The position numbers were made by a program, and so were the translations under genes. Of a stretch of DNA of 64,000 nt, positions 23,555 to 33,975 are shown one piece after another. Where the stretch lies: the sequence record PP886230.1. One strand, written 5' to 3'. The notes beneath the pieces are model-generated. The model was not told the origin of the DNA, did not search any database, and worked only from the letters and a program-made list of their open reading frames with translations. Within the stretch, counting starts at the first letter, position 1. Every line of letters begins with the position of its first letter.

Positions 23555-23926
23555 ATGAGTTACCGTGAGATATTTTCCATTATTTCAATTATTATGTTCA
23601 GTACTGGAACACTGGCATGGTTATTATACTTCTTCTGTATTAATCCAGTGTATAATATGTTATGTAATATTAAATCAAGTGCCGGATATATCACTTTTAT
23701 GGTCTTTATGGGATATTATTGTCTAAGCATTTTAGGTGTTGTTTTGGTTGTTATATTTGATGTGGGACCAAATAGTGATGGTATGGAAATACATGAATTA
23801 ATAACCATGTTTGGATGTATGATACCAACAGCACTACTGTTTGTAGCTACTGGTAGTGGATTGATAAAATTATATAATTATTTAAAATCCATTCATAATT
23901 CCATTCATAATAAGCGTATGTCATAA
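23555..23926 (+). CDS. 3-TM membrane protein family, copy 10
   Basis: LYFF..NPVY; three helices. Confidence 0.7.
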   Translation: MSYREIFSIISIIMFSTGTLAWLLYFFCINPVYNMLCNIKSSAGYITFMVFMGYYCLSILGVVLVVIFDVGPNSDGMEIHELITMFGCMIPTALLFVATGSGLIKLYNYLKSIHNSIHNKRMS

Positions 23927-23967
23927 TAAAAATCCAGTACTTGATAGTACTGGATTAATAAGGAGTT

Positions 23968-24630
23968 ATGATGAAAACAAAATTAGGTTTGTTTTATAAA
24001 AATTATTTCGTTAAACAGCGTAAATTTATAAAAAAATATTTCTCTGGTGAGAAGTCTAGTCCTATAATTTTTAAAAGACCAAGTTATAATACTTACTTAG
24101 CGGGTGCTAAACAGTCTAAGAAATTTATTACTCTTTTAAATAAAAACAAAATTAAAGCTTCTTATGTTGAAACGAGAAGAAACTCATCAATAACTCCTGG
24201 TGATTTTATTGAGTACGGATGTTTCAATATTAAGTATAATGATAATACATACTTTATGGATATTGATTGTAATACATCCAATCTTTTTAACATTGTAGTA
24301 AATCCATTAAAACAATATAATGTTTATGGTGATGCTATTATCAAATTAATCAAAAACAAAGATGGCTTTGATTTTGAAATAAATGTTTTAGATGATAATT
24401 TTGACGAAGTACCCGTAAACCCTGAAATCTGTGATATTTTAAACAGTTTAAAAGGTAGTACCTACAATATATCATCTGATTTAATGTTTCAGTACTCATT
24501 AATCCATAAAGATATTGAAAAGTATATTGAATGTTCCAAAATTTTGAATTATCTTTACGATGAATTTAAAAAGAGTTCTAAAATAACCGCATACACTTTG
24601 TACAATATTCCTAAAATGGTGAATCTTTGA
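23968..24630 (+). CDS. Hypothetical protein
   Basis: GGAG RBS; preceded by the hairpin CCAGTACT-TGAT-AGTACTGG. Confidence 0.7.
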   Translation: MMKTKLGLFYKNYFVKQRKFIKKYFSGEKSSPIIFKRPSYNTYLAGAKQSKKFITLLNKNKIKASYVETRRNSSITPGDFIEYGCFNIKYNDNTYFMDIDCNTSNLFNIVVNPLKQYNVYGDAIIKLIKNKDGFDFEINVLDDNFDEVPVNPEICDILNSLKGSTYNISSDLMFQYSLIHKDIEKYIECSKILNYLYDEFKKSSKITAYTLYNIPKMVNL

Positions 24631-25763
24631 CAAATACAGTACTGGCAACTCCACCGTCTGTAATATATTGTCCAGTACTGTAAATTTGTATACCATCGGT
24701 TAAGTAAGTTCTGTATAAAGTTGCTGTAACATATACGTTATTCATATTCATCTCTATTGGTAGTACACATTTGGTATAGGCCGACACATCTGTTTGTGTA
24801 CCTATACCCAATTGACCTGCGTTATCGCCTGTGTTATAACCAGTTGCGTAAACACCTAATGAAGTTATAATATGATTAGAAAAATATGAATAACCCACAC
24901 TGCTTCTTATTATATCACCTGGTGCTTGTGTTGTTTGTCTTAACGAAATATATGTTTGTGATGTAGAACCATTTGCTAACTGACCAAAGTATTGTCCACC
25001 ACCATGATATGCAAATAATTTATTAGTACTATTATTACTTGCTATAGCAAAAGCGAAGTAACTTGAGTTTGTTGTATAATCTTTCACCGTATAGGTATTA
25101 GTTATTTGAGAACATAACGTGTACTTTGAATATAACGTCATGTCGGTTGTACCTACGCCTGATATTGCACCAGTATAATACAATCTCCCATCGGTTCCAA
25201 TAAATCCTTGCATAAGAAAATTTGCCAGTATTTTGGATGGTGTTACTCCAGTAGGTACTGTTCCTTGTACAAATGATGAAAGTGAATCGGTACTTCTACC
25301 ATTTCCCAGTTGTCCATAACTACCATAACCCGTATTCCATATCGTGTTGTCTGTACATAATACGCTTAATGCACCTGCACTAACTGCAATTTGTTTTATT
25401 GTTTTTCCAAGTGCTGTTATTCTATCAAACACTATCTTTGCAGAAGCCCACGTTGTTGACTTATCAGTTGATAAACCGAATGATGCACCATTTCCAGCAT
25501 ACCACATCGTATTATCTTTCTTTTTAATTAATGTTGACTCATACCCGAACCCATAGATCTTCTACGTTTGTATTGCACAAAACCCATTTGGTTTGTGTTA
25601 TAATATTACCTATACCCATTTGCCCAAACTCTTGAGAGCCTCTACTGTACAACGTACCATCTGACATAAGGGCAAAAACTGTTGTATCAGATGAAGCTAT
25701 TTTTGTTACAGAAGGTTGTATGTTCTTTTTTGATGATGTGATAATTCTTCCAAAGGGTAGCAT
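24611..25763 (-). pseudogene. RCC1/BLIP-II-like propeller paralog 12, frameshifted by one extra base at 25547
   Basis: Starts MLPFGRI. Deleting G25547 reads DLWVGYESTL and gives 383 aa. Confidence 0.75.
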
Positions 25764-25835
25764 TGTATCCTCCAAATGTAAATCGTTATTATATTTAGGA
25801 CAAAAAAATGCCAGTACAAGGCACTGGCATAAAAT

Positions 25836-27005
25836 CTAAGCAGAAGGCATATCCTTCATTTTAATAAATGAAAATTGTGTACCAGTATTTGTGGTTTGAT
25901 CAGTAAAATATGAATTACTACCAGCCCAGTACAATTCATTATTAACTATACAATATATAACAGAACTCGAACTCTGTGAATACACACGACTTATATTTGA
26001 TGGTTCCACTCCAGTACTGAACTGAACCGAACCCAACTGTGAACTTGGTATCACATCAGTTGGTCTACCTAAACCATTAACACCAGCCCCACCACCACAT
26101 GTATATACCCCAGTACTATCAGTTGATATATTAACATAACCATTTCCGGCATTTTCAAATAGTATTTCACTGGGAACAACACCAAATCCTGTAAGATCTA
26201 TTTTCCTGAATGTAGTGTAAACAGTAGAACCACCAACACCTCTTCCACCATAATCATTAGAACCAGCCATATAGATACTATATCCAGAACTTCCTAAACA
26301 TAATAACTGTACGTTGTCATATAATATTTGCATAGATATAACGTTATCAGGAATACTCAATACCGTAAAAGTAGTTAAAGAAGAACTTCCAATATTACTA
26401 CCAACCGATGTTCCACATCTGTAGTACTTACCGCCTTTTATATAATGGAACGATGAACCGCCTAACTTATGTGCTCCTATTGCACTTACCCCAGTATCTA
26501 TAAGAATGGGAGATACAACTTTGTTATTAACACCTAACTCAGATCTACTGTTCATACCGAACCCATATAAACGACCATCTAACATCAATATTAGTGTACT
26601 ACCGGAAGTACCCGCTGACGTAAATTCTATATTCTTTATTTGCGACACGTCAATACCTACAAATAATGAAGTTACTTCAGTCCAGTTAACATATGAACCA
26701 CTAGCCCCAAAATATCCACCCATGTATAGACCTGCACAATATAACTTATTATCAACAGTCTTTATTAATGTACCGGATACACACGCCCAAAAATCATCAA
26801 CTTCATAGGGTACATGTACCCAACCACCTAATACATCACTAGCATCCCCTGTACCTAATTTATAGTTCGAACCAGAACCACGCATGTACATATTCCCTGT
26901 ACTATAAAGTAATCCGACATGTAATTGACTACCATCCAATTTCTTTATTTCAGGAAGAGTTGGTTTAATATTTCCGTACTTTAACATTCTTCCAAAAGGT
27001 AACAT
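25836..27005 (-). CDS. RCC1/BLIP-II-like beta-propeller paralog 11
   Basis: MLPFGRMLKYGN leader; G.N..GxLG repeats. Confidence 0.85.
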   Translation of the reverse strand: MLPFGRMLKYGNIKPTLPEIKKLDGSQLHVGLLYSTGNMYMRGSGSNYKLGTGDASDVLGGWVHVPYEVDDFWACVSGTLIKTVDNKLYCAGLYMGGYFGASGSYVNWTEVTSLFVGIDVSQIKNIEFTSAGTSGSTLILMLDGRLYGFGMNSRSELGVNNKVVSPILIDTGVSAIGAHKLGGSSFHYIKGGKYYRCGTSVGSNIGSSSLTTFTVLSIPDNVISMQILYDNVQLLCLGSSGYSIYMAGSNDYGGRGVGGSTVYTTFRKIDLTGFGVVPSEILFENAGNGYVNISTDSTGVYTCGGGAGVNGLGRPTDVIPSSQLGSVQFSTGVEPSNISRVYSQSSSSVIYCIVNNELYWAGSNSYFTDQTTNTGTQFSFIKMKDMPSA

Positions 27006-27013
27006 ATTCCCTC

Positions 27014-28189
27014 CTATTCTGGTAAAATCATTTTCTTCATTTTAACTTGTTGTGTACCCGGACTCTGTTCCTGAAACATAGACCCATTACCACACCAGTA
27101 CACCTCATTAGTCCCCACTAACGCGTATAACACACCAGAACCACCTTGTACTGCAAATGCATTAACATCTGGAGCAATATCCATATCCTCATATTGTACT
27201 TGGTGGTAAGAAGATCTTTCTGATGCACTAGAAGGAGGCCAACCCAGAGGAACACCACTACCACATGTATAAAGTTTACCATTCTGTGTCATTGCCATTA
27301 TAAAATAATTCAAACTGTGGTTATTCATCGAAGCAGCATCTGGTATAATCCCACTAATTGCGGGAGTAGCACTAAATGGACTCATGATAATCGTAGTGTC
27401 TCCATACCCTATTCCTAAACAATAATCAGTGTTTTTTCCAGCCGTATATACTGTAATATTACCATTATTCGATGTAAGTACTGAAGTCGTTTCAGTAGTA
27501 CATGAAATACCAATAACTGTTCCTGATATATCAGTACTTACTGTAAATGTGGATAGTTTAGATGAACTTGTACCTAGGTTATAACTTGCATTATTACCAC
27601 ATCTGTAATATTGTCCATTTTTTACAAAATGGAAAGCACCACCCGACTGTGTTCCTGCGATTAAAGTAACACCCGTGTTAATCAAAATAGGTGTTGATTG
27701 TATTCCAGTAACACCCAATTCACCCCCAGCATTACGGCCTATCCCATATAAGTTACCATCACTTAACAGAATTAATAAAGAACCATTAAATGCGGTAGTT
27801 TCGGTAGAAGCTATATCTTGAACTGTAGTAAGGCTTGGAATTGTAGACAATATAGATGTAATATTAGTCCATCCAGGAACAGGTGATGCAGATACACCGA
27901 GATAGTTCATTTGCCCTGCTAAGTAAAATTCTCCGTCAGTCGTAAGTATAATTGTCCCTGCGAATAAACACCAAACATTAGAAACTTTATATGGACAAAG
28001 TACCCACCCATTTTGTACATACTCAGTACTATTATTTCCTAGCATATAATATGCACCACGCCCACGTAGATATAAGTTACCACTATCAAATAACATACCC
28101 ATATGTGTTACAGATGTACTAATCTTTAATACACCCGAAGGTGCAGGTTTAATATTCCCATACTTAACCATTCTTGCAAAAGGTAACAT
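27014..28189 (-). CDS. RCC1/BLIP-II-like beta-propeller paralog 10
   Basis: MLPFARMVKYGN; GRNAGGELG. Confidence 0.85.
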   Translation of the reverse strand: MLPFARMVKYGNIKPAPSGVLKISTSVTHMGMLFDSGNLYLRGRGAYYMLGNNSTEYVQNGWVLCPYKVSNVWCLFAGTIILTTDGEFYLAGQMNYLGVSASPVPGWTNITSILSTIPSLTTVQDIASTETTAFNGSLLILLSDGNLYGIGRNAGGELGVTGIQSTPILINTGVTLIAGTQSGGAFHFVKNGQYYRCGNNASYNLGTSSSKLSTFTVSTDISGTVIGISCTTETTSVLTSNNGNITVYTAGKNTDYCLGIGYGDTTIIMSPFSATPAISGIIPDAASMNNHSLNYFIMAMTQNGKLYTCGSGVPLGWPPSSASERSSYHQVQYEDMDIAPDVNAFAVQGGSGVLYALVGTNEVYWCGNGSMFQEQSPGTQQVKMKKMILPE

Positions 28190-28260
28190 ACTTCCCTCCT
28201 TTATTCATTATACTATATTTAATCAAAAAGAAATGCCAGTACTCAAGTACTGGCATTATT
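28153..28260 (-). repeat. ~107-bp cassette repeat: terminator GCCAGTAC-N-GTACTGGC + T tract, TATTAAATATAGTATAAT promoter, GGAGG RBS and first 12 codons
   Basis: Intergenic copies 28190-28260, 29404-29474, 30213-30283, 31475-31545, 32695-32765, 33906-33975, 36297-36367, 37547-37615; variant at 25764-25835; lengths 69-72 bp. Confidence 0.92.
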
Positions 28261-29403
28261 TCAATAAACATCCCAAGGTAATGGGGTCTTCCTAAATCCA
28301 TACCTGGTTGTGCTCGCACCATCTCCAGCAATGTATCGACCGATGCCACATTGGTATAACTCTGTACTACTACATATAGCACCACCAATAGTACCACTAC
28401 CCCACTGAATTATATTAGAATATGTTATTGGTAAATCACTACATTTAGTATATACACCAACGGTAGCAGCACCACTAATACCACCAAACATGCTTCGGTT
28501 AGCACCAGTGTAATATATACCATCTGGACTCATAAATGCAGAGGTGTACGTTGTACTACAATCCACTGGACTTCTTATAGTATTAAGATCGCCAGGGTAT
28601 GTTCTAGCAGCATATACGTAAACATTACCATCAGTAGTAATACCATTACCCAACTGACCACTGTTCTGACCACCACACGTAACTAACGATGCAGAACCAG
28701 AAACAATTGCAGTAGCATTATACGAAGTACCCATTGCAATAGAAGCACCAGACAATAGTTTTGGTGTAACGATAGCTGTTGTATTACCCTGGCCTAATTC
28801 ACCATTTGTGTTTCGTCCCCATGCGTATATAGAAGTCGTATCCAATCGACATAGTACTGAACCATAACTAAACGTATATCGCATGTCATTTACAGCAGAA
28901 GGCAAATTAACCTTAGTTGCAACACTAATAACACCACCAGTAACACCACTGTTTGCGTTCATGTTACGACCATATGCATATAAAGAACCATCTGAAGTTT
29001 TAATATGCATCATACCATCTGTGCAATATAATGCATCGATGCTATCCACCGCAACCGGACCCATACTGGCAGTTATATCGGTCCATCCAAGAGTAGTAGT
29101 ACTAGAAATTAAGTTATTTCCTGCGTAAAGGATTCTATTATTATTAGTAACTACCACTGTATATCTAGCAGTAACTCCAATTAATCGAACATCAGTATAT
29201 ATCTTAGACCACGCACCTAGTGAATTGGTATTTGCATCCAAAAAGCCTAACTGCCCATCTGTATTGTATCCAATACCCCATGCATCACCTGCACTGTCCA
29301 ATAACACTTCATGTGAAAAGCCAATCTTAAAATCTTTTATTGTAGGAACTACCGGAACTGGTGCAATATTCCCGTACTTAACCATTCTTCCAAAAGGTAA
29401 CAT
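28261..29403 (-). CDS. RCC1/BLIP-II-like beta-propeller paralog 9
   Basis: MLPFGRMVKYGN; GYNTDGQLG, GRNTNGELG. Confidence 0.85.
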   Translation of the reverse strand: MLPFGRMVKYGNIAPVPVVPTIKDFKIGFSHEVLLDSAGDAWGIGYNTDGQLGFLDANTNSLGAWSKIYTDVRLIGVTARYTVVVTNNNRILYAGNNLISSTTTLGWTDITASMGPVAVDSIDALYCTDGMMHIKTSDGSLYAYGRNMNANSGVTGGVISVATKVNLPSAVNDMRYTFSYGSVLCRLDTTSIYAWGRNTNGELGQGNTTAIVTPKLLSGASIAMGTSYNATAIVSGSASLVTCGGQNSGQLGNGITTDGNVYVYAARTYPGDLNTIRSPVDCSTTYTSAFMSPDGIYYTGANRSMFGGISGAATVGVYTKCSDLPITYSNIIQWGSGTIGGAICSSTELYQCGIGRYIAGDGASTTRYGFRKTPLPWDVY

Positions 29404-29474
29404 AATTCCCTCCTTATTCATTATACTATATTTAATACAAATAAGAAAGCCAGTATCAAGTACTGGCCTATATT

Positions 29475-30212
29475 TTAGACTGAATTGTTAGGATAATATC
29501 TCCCACGTCCCCATATTATTCGCACAGCACCACCACCAGCAGCCGTATAAGAAAAATTATCCCATATACTACCACCACCACCATACATCTTACCAGCACC
29601 ACCACTACCAGCACCACCATTATATGAACCATCGTATCTACCGCCAATACCATTAGCACCTTGAACAATGATACCAGTACCACCACCCGTACCAATGAAC
29701 GAGGTATTATAGAATGCACCACCACCACCGCCGCCGCCAGCACCATTTTCACCAGTGATTGCATCTCCGTTACCACCTTTACCAGTGTAGCCACCAGCAC
29801 CACCACCAATGACTGCACCACCACTTACACCAGCGTTGCCCCCATTACCACCACCATCATTAATAGCGTTAGCAGCTTTCCCACCTAGTCCACCAACCCT
29901 ATATTCACCAGTGAAGCTAACACATAGTTTTTCAGTTCCACGATATAAACCGTTTTCAACTGCTGTAGTAGTGTTGGGATGTGTAAGAGAAACACTTAAG
30001 TACTCACCACCAGAAACCGGAATATTATTACGCCACGATAAGCCGCCACCAGCACCACGTTGACCACCCGGCGAAATAACACATACTGATATTTCGGTAA
30101 CGCCAGCAGGAACTGTAAATTGTGTTGTTCCTATTGTCGTGATTAATTGTTCACCATGTGGCTTATATTCAATTTTATTCCCGTACTTAACCATTCTTCC
30201 AAAAGGTAACAT
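29475..30212 (-). CDS. Glycine-rich fibre/adhesin-like protein carrying the same MLPF leader (paralog 8)
   Basis: MLPFGRMVKYGN then FTVPAGVTEISVCVISPGG and GGGGG runs typical of phage Gly-rich domains. Confidence 0.8.
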   Translation of the reverse strand: MLPFGRMVKYGNKIEYKPHGEQLITTIGTTQFTVPAGVTEISVCVISPGGQRGAGGGLSWRNNIPVSGGEYLSVSLTHPNTTTAVENGLYRGTEKLCVSFTGEYRVGGLGGKAANAINDGGGNGGNAGVSGGAVIGGGAGGYTGKGGNGDAITGENGAGGGGGGGAFYNTSFIGTGGGTGIIVQGANGIGGRYDGSYNGGAGSGGAGKMYGGGGSIWDNFSYTAAGGGAVRIIWGRGRYYPNNSV

Positions 30213-30283
30213 ACTTCCTCCTTTATTCATTATACTATATTTAATACAAATAAGAAAGCCAGTACAAAGTACTGGCTAAATTA

Positions 30284-31474
30284 TTACAATTGTCTAGGTG
30301 TATCCAGAACATATCTATTTGTACTAGGACCACCATCATCATACGTTCCGGTTGAATATATATTTTTCATATCAGCAGTTAGAAAAGTACGATACGAACC
30401 GCGATATATTTTTATTTTATCATACATAGAATATGATATTTCTGCTGGCATTGGACATATAGTAAATCTACCAATAGTAACATTAGAACCAACACCCAAC
30501 GAACCAGCATAACTACTCGCATTTAAACCAGTTGCATATACACCAGTACTCGTAACTAGTATACTAGATTGTGTTGGGTATCCTGTATGAATTGAATACA
30601 AAGTTCCAGTTGGTAATGTCGTACTATTGCTCCCTAATACAGCAATTGCCGAACTGGTTGTGGTATTGTTACCCCATGCACCATTACTCGCTAAACCACC
30701 AACTAGAAACTGACGTGCACCAGTACTTGGATTCTCAACCAAAGCACTGACTGCACCACTTGAGCATCCAGTGTATTGTAACGTTTTTGTGTATGTTGTA
30801 CTTGGTTTATATAAAGTATATTCATTAAATGGTGTCCATGTGGTACTGGTACTTATACCTGACGTACCACCACCAATATATAAATTATTTTGTGTATCAA
30901 AAAACATTACACAGTTATTTGTTGACAGTATTTGTGCAATATCAACATTAGGCGTGACAGCTTTTACAAATGATCCATCTGTTATTTGTTGAGTACTACC
31001 AGTACCATCAGCGAATTGTCTAGCCCCACTCCAACCAGTACTCCATATTGTATTATTATCCATTAATACCGTAAACCACGTAGTACCTCCATACATCTGT
31101 TTAATTGAAGTACTTGAACTTTGCGTGTACAAATTTTCAATATATTGGTTATAACTTAAAAACGTAGTAGTACTAGTTGGTAAACCAACATGATCACCAT
31201 ATCCACAATAAAAATAATTTGAGTCATTATCTTTTACTAATAAAGTTCCTTGTGTAACCCAGCAATCGTTAACGTTTTCTCTAATTAATGTCCATGATTT
31301 TAATGCAGTGTTGTTTCCCCTACCAAATTTCCCAAAACTATTATTCCCACGTGCATATAGTTGACCATCCGTATACAGAACAACAACATCTAAATCAGTT
31401 GGGATTATTTTCTTAATTTGAAGTGGTACTGGGGCAATATTCCCATAATTCATCATTCTTGCAAAAGGTAACAT
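30284..31474 (-). CDS. RCC1/BLIP-II-like beta-propeller paralog 7
   Basis: MLPFARMMNYGN; GNNSFGKFG. Confidence 0.85.
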   Translation of the reverse strand: MLPFARMMNYGNIAPVPLQIKKIIPTDLDVVVLYTDGQLYARGNNSFGKFGRGNNTALKSWTLIRENVNDCWVTQGTLLVKDNDSNYFYCGYGDHVGLPTSTTTFLSYNQYIENLYTQSSSTSIKQMYGGTTWFTVLMDNNTIWSTGWSGARQFADGTGSTQQITDGSFVKAVTPNVDIAQILSTNNCVMFFDTQNNLYIGGGTSGISTSTTWTPFNEYTLYKPSTTYTKTLQYTGCSSGAVSALVENPSTGARQFLVGGLASNGAWGNNTTTSSAIAVLGSNSTTLPTGTLYSIHTGYPTQSSILVTSTGVYATGLNASSYAGSLGVGSNVTIGRFTICPMPAEISYSMYDKIKIYRGSYRTFLTADMKNIYSTGTYDDGGPSTNRYVLDTPRQL

Positions 31475-31545
31475 AAATTCCTCCTTTATTCATTATACTA
31501 TATTTAATACAAATAAGAAAGCCAGTACAGTGTACTGGCATTAAA

Positions 31546-32694
31546 TCATTGTATAAATGACATATCAACTTCTGTATAACTAAGAATGTTTTGTCCAGCA
31601 ATTCCCCCCATTACTACCATAGCATACCCACAATAATATAATTTCTCAGTGTCCGTAAGTATAAGTGAACCAGATGGAGTGCGTACCAAATTACACGAAC
31701 TATTAAACGAAGTATACGAAGGAGTATATGAGTACTGATTAATATTATTACCAACACCTAATTGACCAAATCCATTCGACCCAGATGCGTATAGAACTTC
31801 ATCACCTTTAGCTATATGTGATGCCATGTTACTAACACACGTATATAGAGTATAAACTCCCGAACTCAATAATGTCGGAGTTTTGTATTGTATATCGGTG
31901 GATGAAGAAGTACCACCTGTGCCAAATTCGTTCCCGTATTGTGCACCGAACTGTTTACCACAAGCGTACAAATTATTATCCGATTTAATAAAAAATGTAC
32001 TTTGATAACTTACATCAAAATCTATAACATCCGAAGAAATCATCGTCACCCCAGTAATAGAAGTTTGATTACCTGTACCTAACTGATAGTAATAGTTAAA
32101 ACCACAACCCCATAAAGTATTATCTTCTTTTAGGTATATGTTACCAACTGCCTTTTTAACCGAAGTTATAGTATCTACCCTTTTGAATGTGTTAAAAGAA
32201 TTAATGTTTGTACCATCACCAAATGATGATAGGTTCGAGTTATTGTTAACTCCACAACAATACAACGTACCATCGTTTGTTATCAAATTCACCTTCATAT
32301 CATTAAAACTACTCATGTATTTTATATCAGAAACATTAATACCACCTGATGTTATCCACGTAGTACAGTCCGTCCACAAAGTTTTTGTATCAGTTACACC
32401 AGTGAATGCCTTCGTGTTACCCGTGATAAAAACTTTTCCAGTACCTTTCTCTTCATACAATTGACAACTACTACTGTTATCTTCCAATAGAACTCGTTTA
32501 ACATTCTCTGCACAAAGAATAAATTTACTCGATGCTACACCTGTTCCAGTACCCCAATTCGTCGCAGAAGATGCATACAACTTATTAGTATAAGTATCAT
32601 GGAGATACATAGAATCACTTGAATATATTTTAAAACGCCTATCCTTACCAGGGGCAATATTCCCATAATTCATCATTCTTGCAAAAGGTAACAT
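31546..32694 (-). CDS. RCC1/BLIP-II-like beta-propeller paralog 6
   Basis: MLPFARMMNYGN; GSNGFGQLGVG. Confidence 0.85.
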   Translation of the reverse strand: MLPFARMMNYGNIAPGKDRRFKIYSSDSMYLHDTYTNKLYASSATNWGTGTGVASSKFILCAENVKRVLLEDNSSSCQLYEEKGTGKVFITGNTKAFTGVTDTKTLWTDCTTWITSGGINVSDIKYMSSFNDMKVNLITNDGTLYCCGVNNNSNLSSFGDGTNINSFNTFKRVDTITSVKKAVGNIYLKEDNTLWGCGFNYYYQLGTGNQTSITGVTMISSDVIDFDVSYQSTFFIKSDNNLYACGKQFGAQYGNEFGTGGTSSSTDIQYKTPTLLSSGVYTLYTCVSNMASHIAKGDEVLYASGSNGFGQLGVGNNINQYSYTPSYTSFNSSCNLVRTPSGSLILTDTEKLYYCGYAMVVMGGIAGQNILSYTEVDMSFIQ

Positions 32695-32765
32695 ATTTCC
32701 CTCCTTTATTCATTATACTATATTTAATACAAATAAGAAAGCCAGTACAGTGTACTGGCATTATA

Positions 32766-33905
32766 TTATTTCCACGGTAGAAGTGAATCAGGAACCCTTG
32801 TTGGTACAGTAGTTGAAGACATTCCAGTAAGATTGGGTACACCACATGTGTATAAATTATTATATTCGTCAACTAACATCGTATAAGAATAGCTCTTACA
32901 AAAACTACTAAGATTACTACCTTCTAATGCAGTAAGATCCATTTCAGCGAATGATGTTATATACATATCAGTTGTACCAATACCACATTGACCATTTGAA
33001 TTAAGGCCACATGAAAATAACTTATTATTATTATTAATTATACAGGATGGTCCGGTAAGGTTTGTCCCAAGCTCACCCACCAACTCCACTTCTCCTTGGA
33101 ATGATAAATTTGGAATTAATGTACTCATTGGGGCTACTGACCTATTTCCTGTACCTGCTTGTCCATAGTCGTTAATAGATGCAACTTTAACATTACCATC
33201 ATTAAGAAATATATAAGAAGTTTCATTTGTATTGACTGCTTTAATTGCATTACTAATCGAAGTATCTTGTGTAAATGTGAGCAAGTTTTGTGTCGTCGTT
33301 CCTGATACAAACGTTCTACCTGCATACCAATATGAACCATCATTTAGTACTAATCCAGTACTATATATTGCACAACCAGCACTGATAACATTTTCTATTG
33401 TACTATAGGTGAATCGTGAAACGCTTGAAGTTGATCCATTCCCAAAAACACCACCAGTACCAGCACCACAGTAGAACCACTTTCCATTTTTTAAAAATAC
33501 ACGCATACACGAAGATATCACAACACTATCAATATCATCTGCACTGACACCGAAATCAGTAAAGTTCTGTGTTATATCAACCCAAACGCCGTTAGTGTTT
33601 GAAGATAGTATTGGAATAACAGTACGTCTACCAGTGTACCAAATAGTACCATCTTTCTTTATAGCAATTGTTCCTTGTACCCCACCCCAATATCGTGTAA
33701 CATTTGAGTTGACAAGAGTCCATTCAGTTGAAGAGTCCAATGAACCATTACCACTTTGTCCATATGCTGAAGAACCAAACCAATATAGATTGCCATTTGT
33801 GTGTAAATAAAATTTGGCATCAGCAGAACATTGTAACCTGTTTTTAGGTAGAATCAGTTCAGGTGCGATATTCCCGTACTTAACCATTCTTGCAAAAGGT
33901 AACAT
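32766..33905 (-). CDS. RCC1/BLIP-II-like beta-propeller paralog 5
   Basis: MLPFARMVKYGN; GLNSNGQCGIG; true start after GGAGG. Confidence 0.85.
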   Translation of the reverse strand: MLPFARMVKYGNIAPELILPKNRLQCSADAKFYLHTNGNLYWFGSSAYGQSGNGSLDSSTEWTLVNSNVTRYWGGVQGTIAIKKDGTIWYTGRRTVIPILSSNTNGVWVDITQNFTDFGVSADDIDSVVISSCMRVFLKNGKWFYCGAGTGGVFGNGSTSSVSRFTYSTIENVISAGCAIYSTGLVLNDGSYWYAGRTFVSGTTTQNLLTFTQDTSISNAIKAVNTNETSYIFLNDGNVKVASINDYGQAGTGNRSVAPMSTLIPNLSFQGEVELVGELGTNLTGPSCIINNNNKLFSCGLNSNGQCGIGTTDMYITSFAEMDLTALEGSNLSSFCKSYSYTMLVDEYNNLYTCGVPNLTGMSSTTVPTRVPDSLLPWK

Positions 33906-33975
33906 ATTCCCTCCTTTATTTGTTATACTATATTTAATACAAATAAGAAAGCCAGTACAGTGTACTGGCATTATG

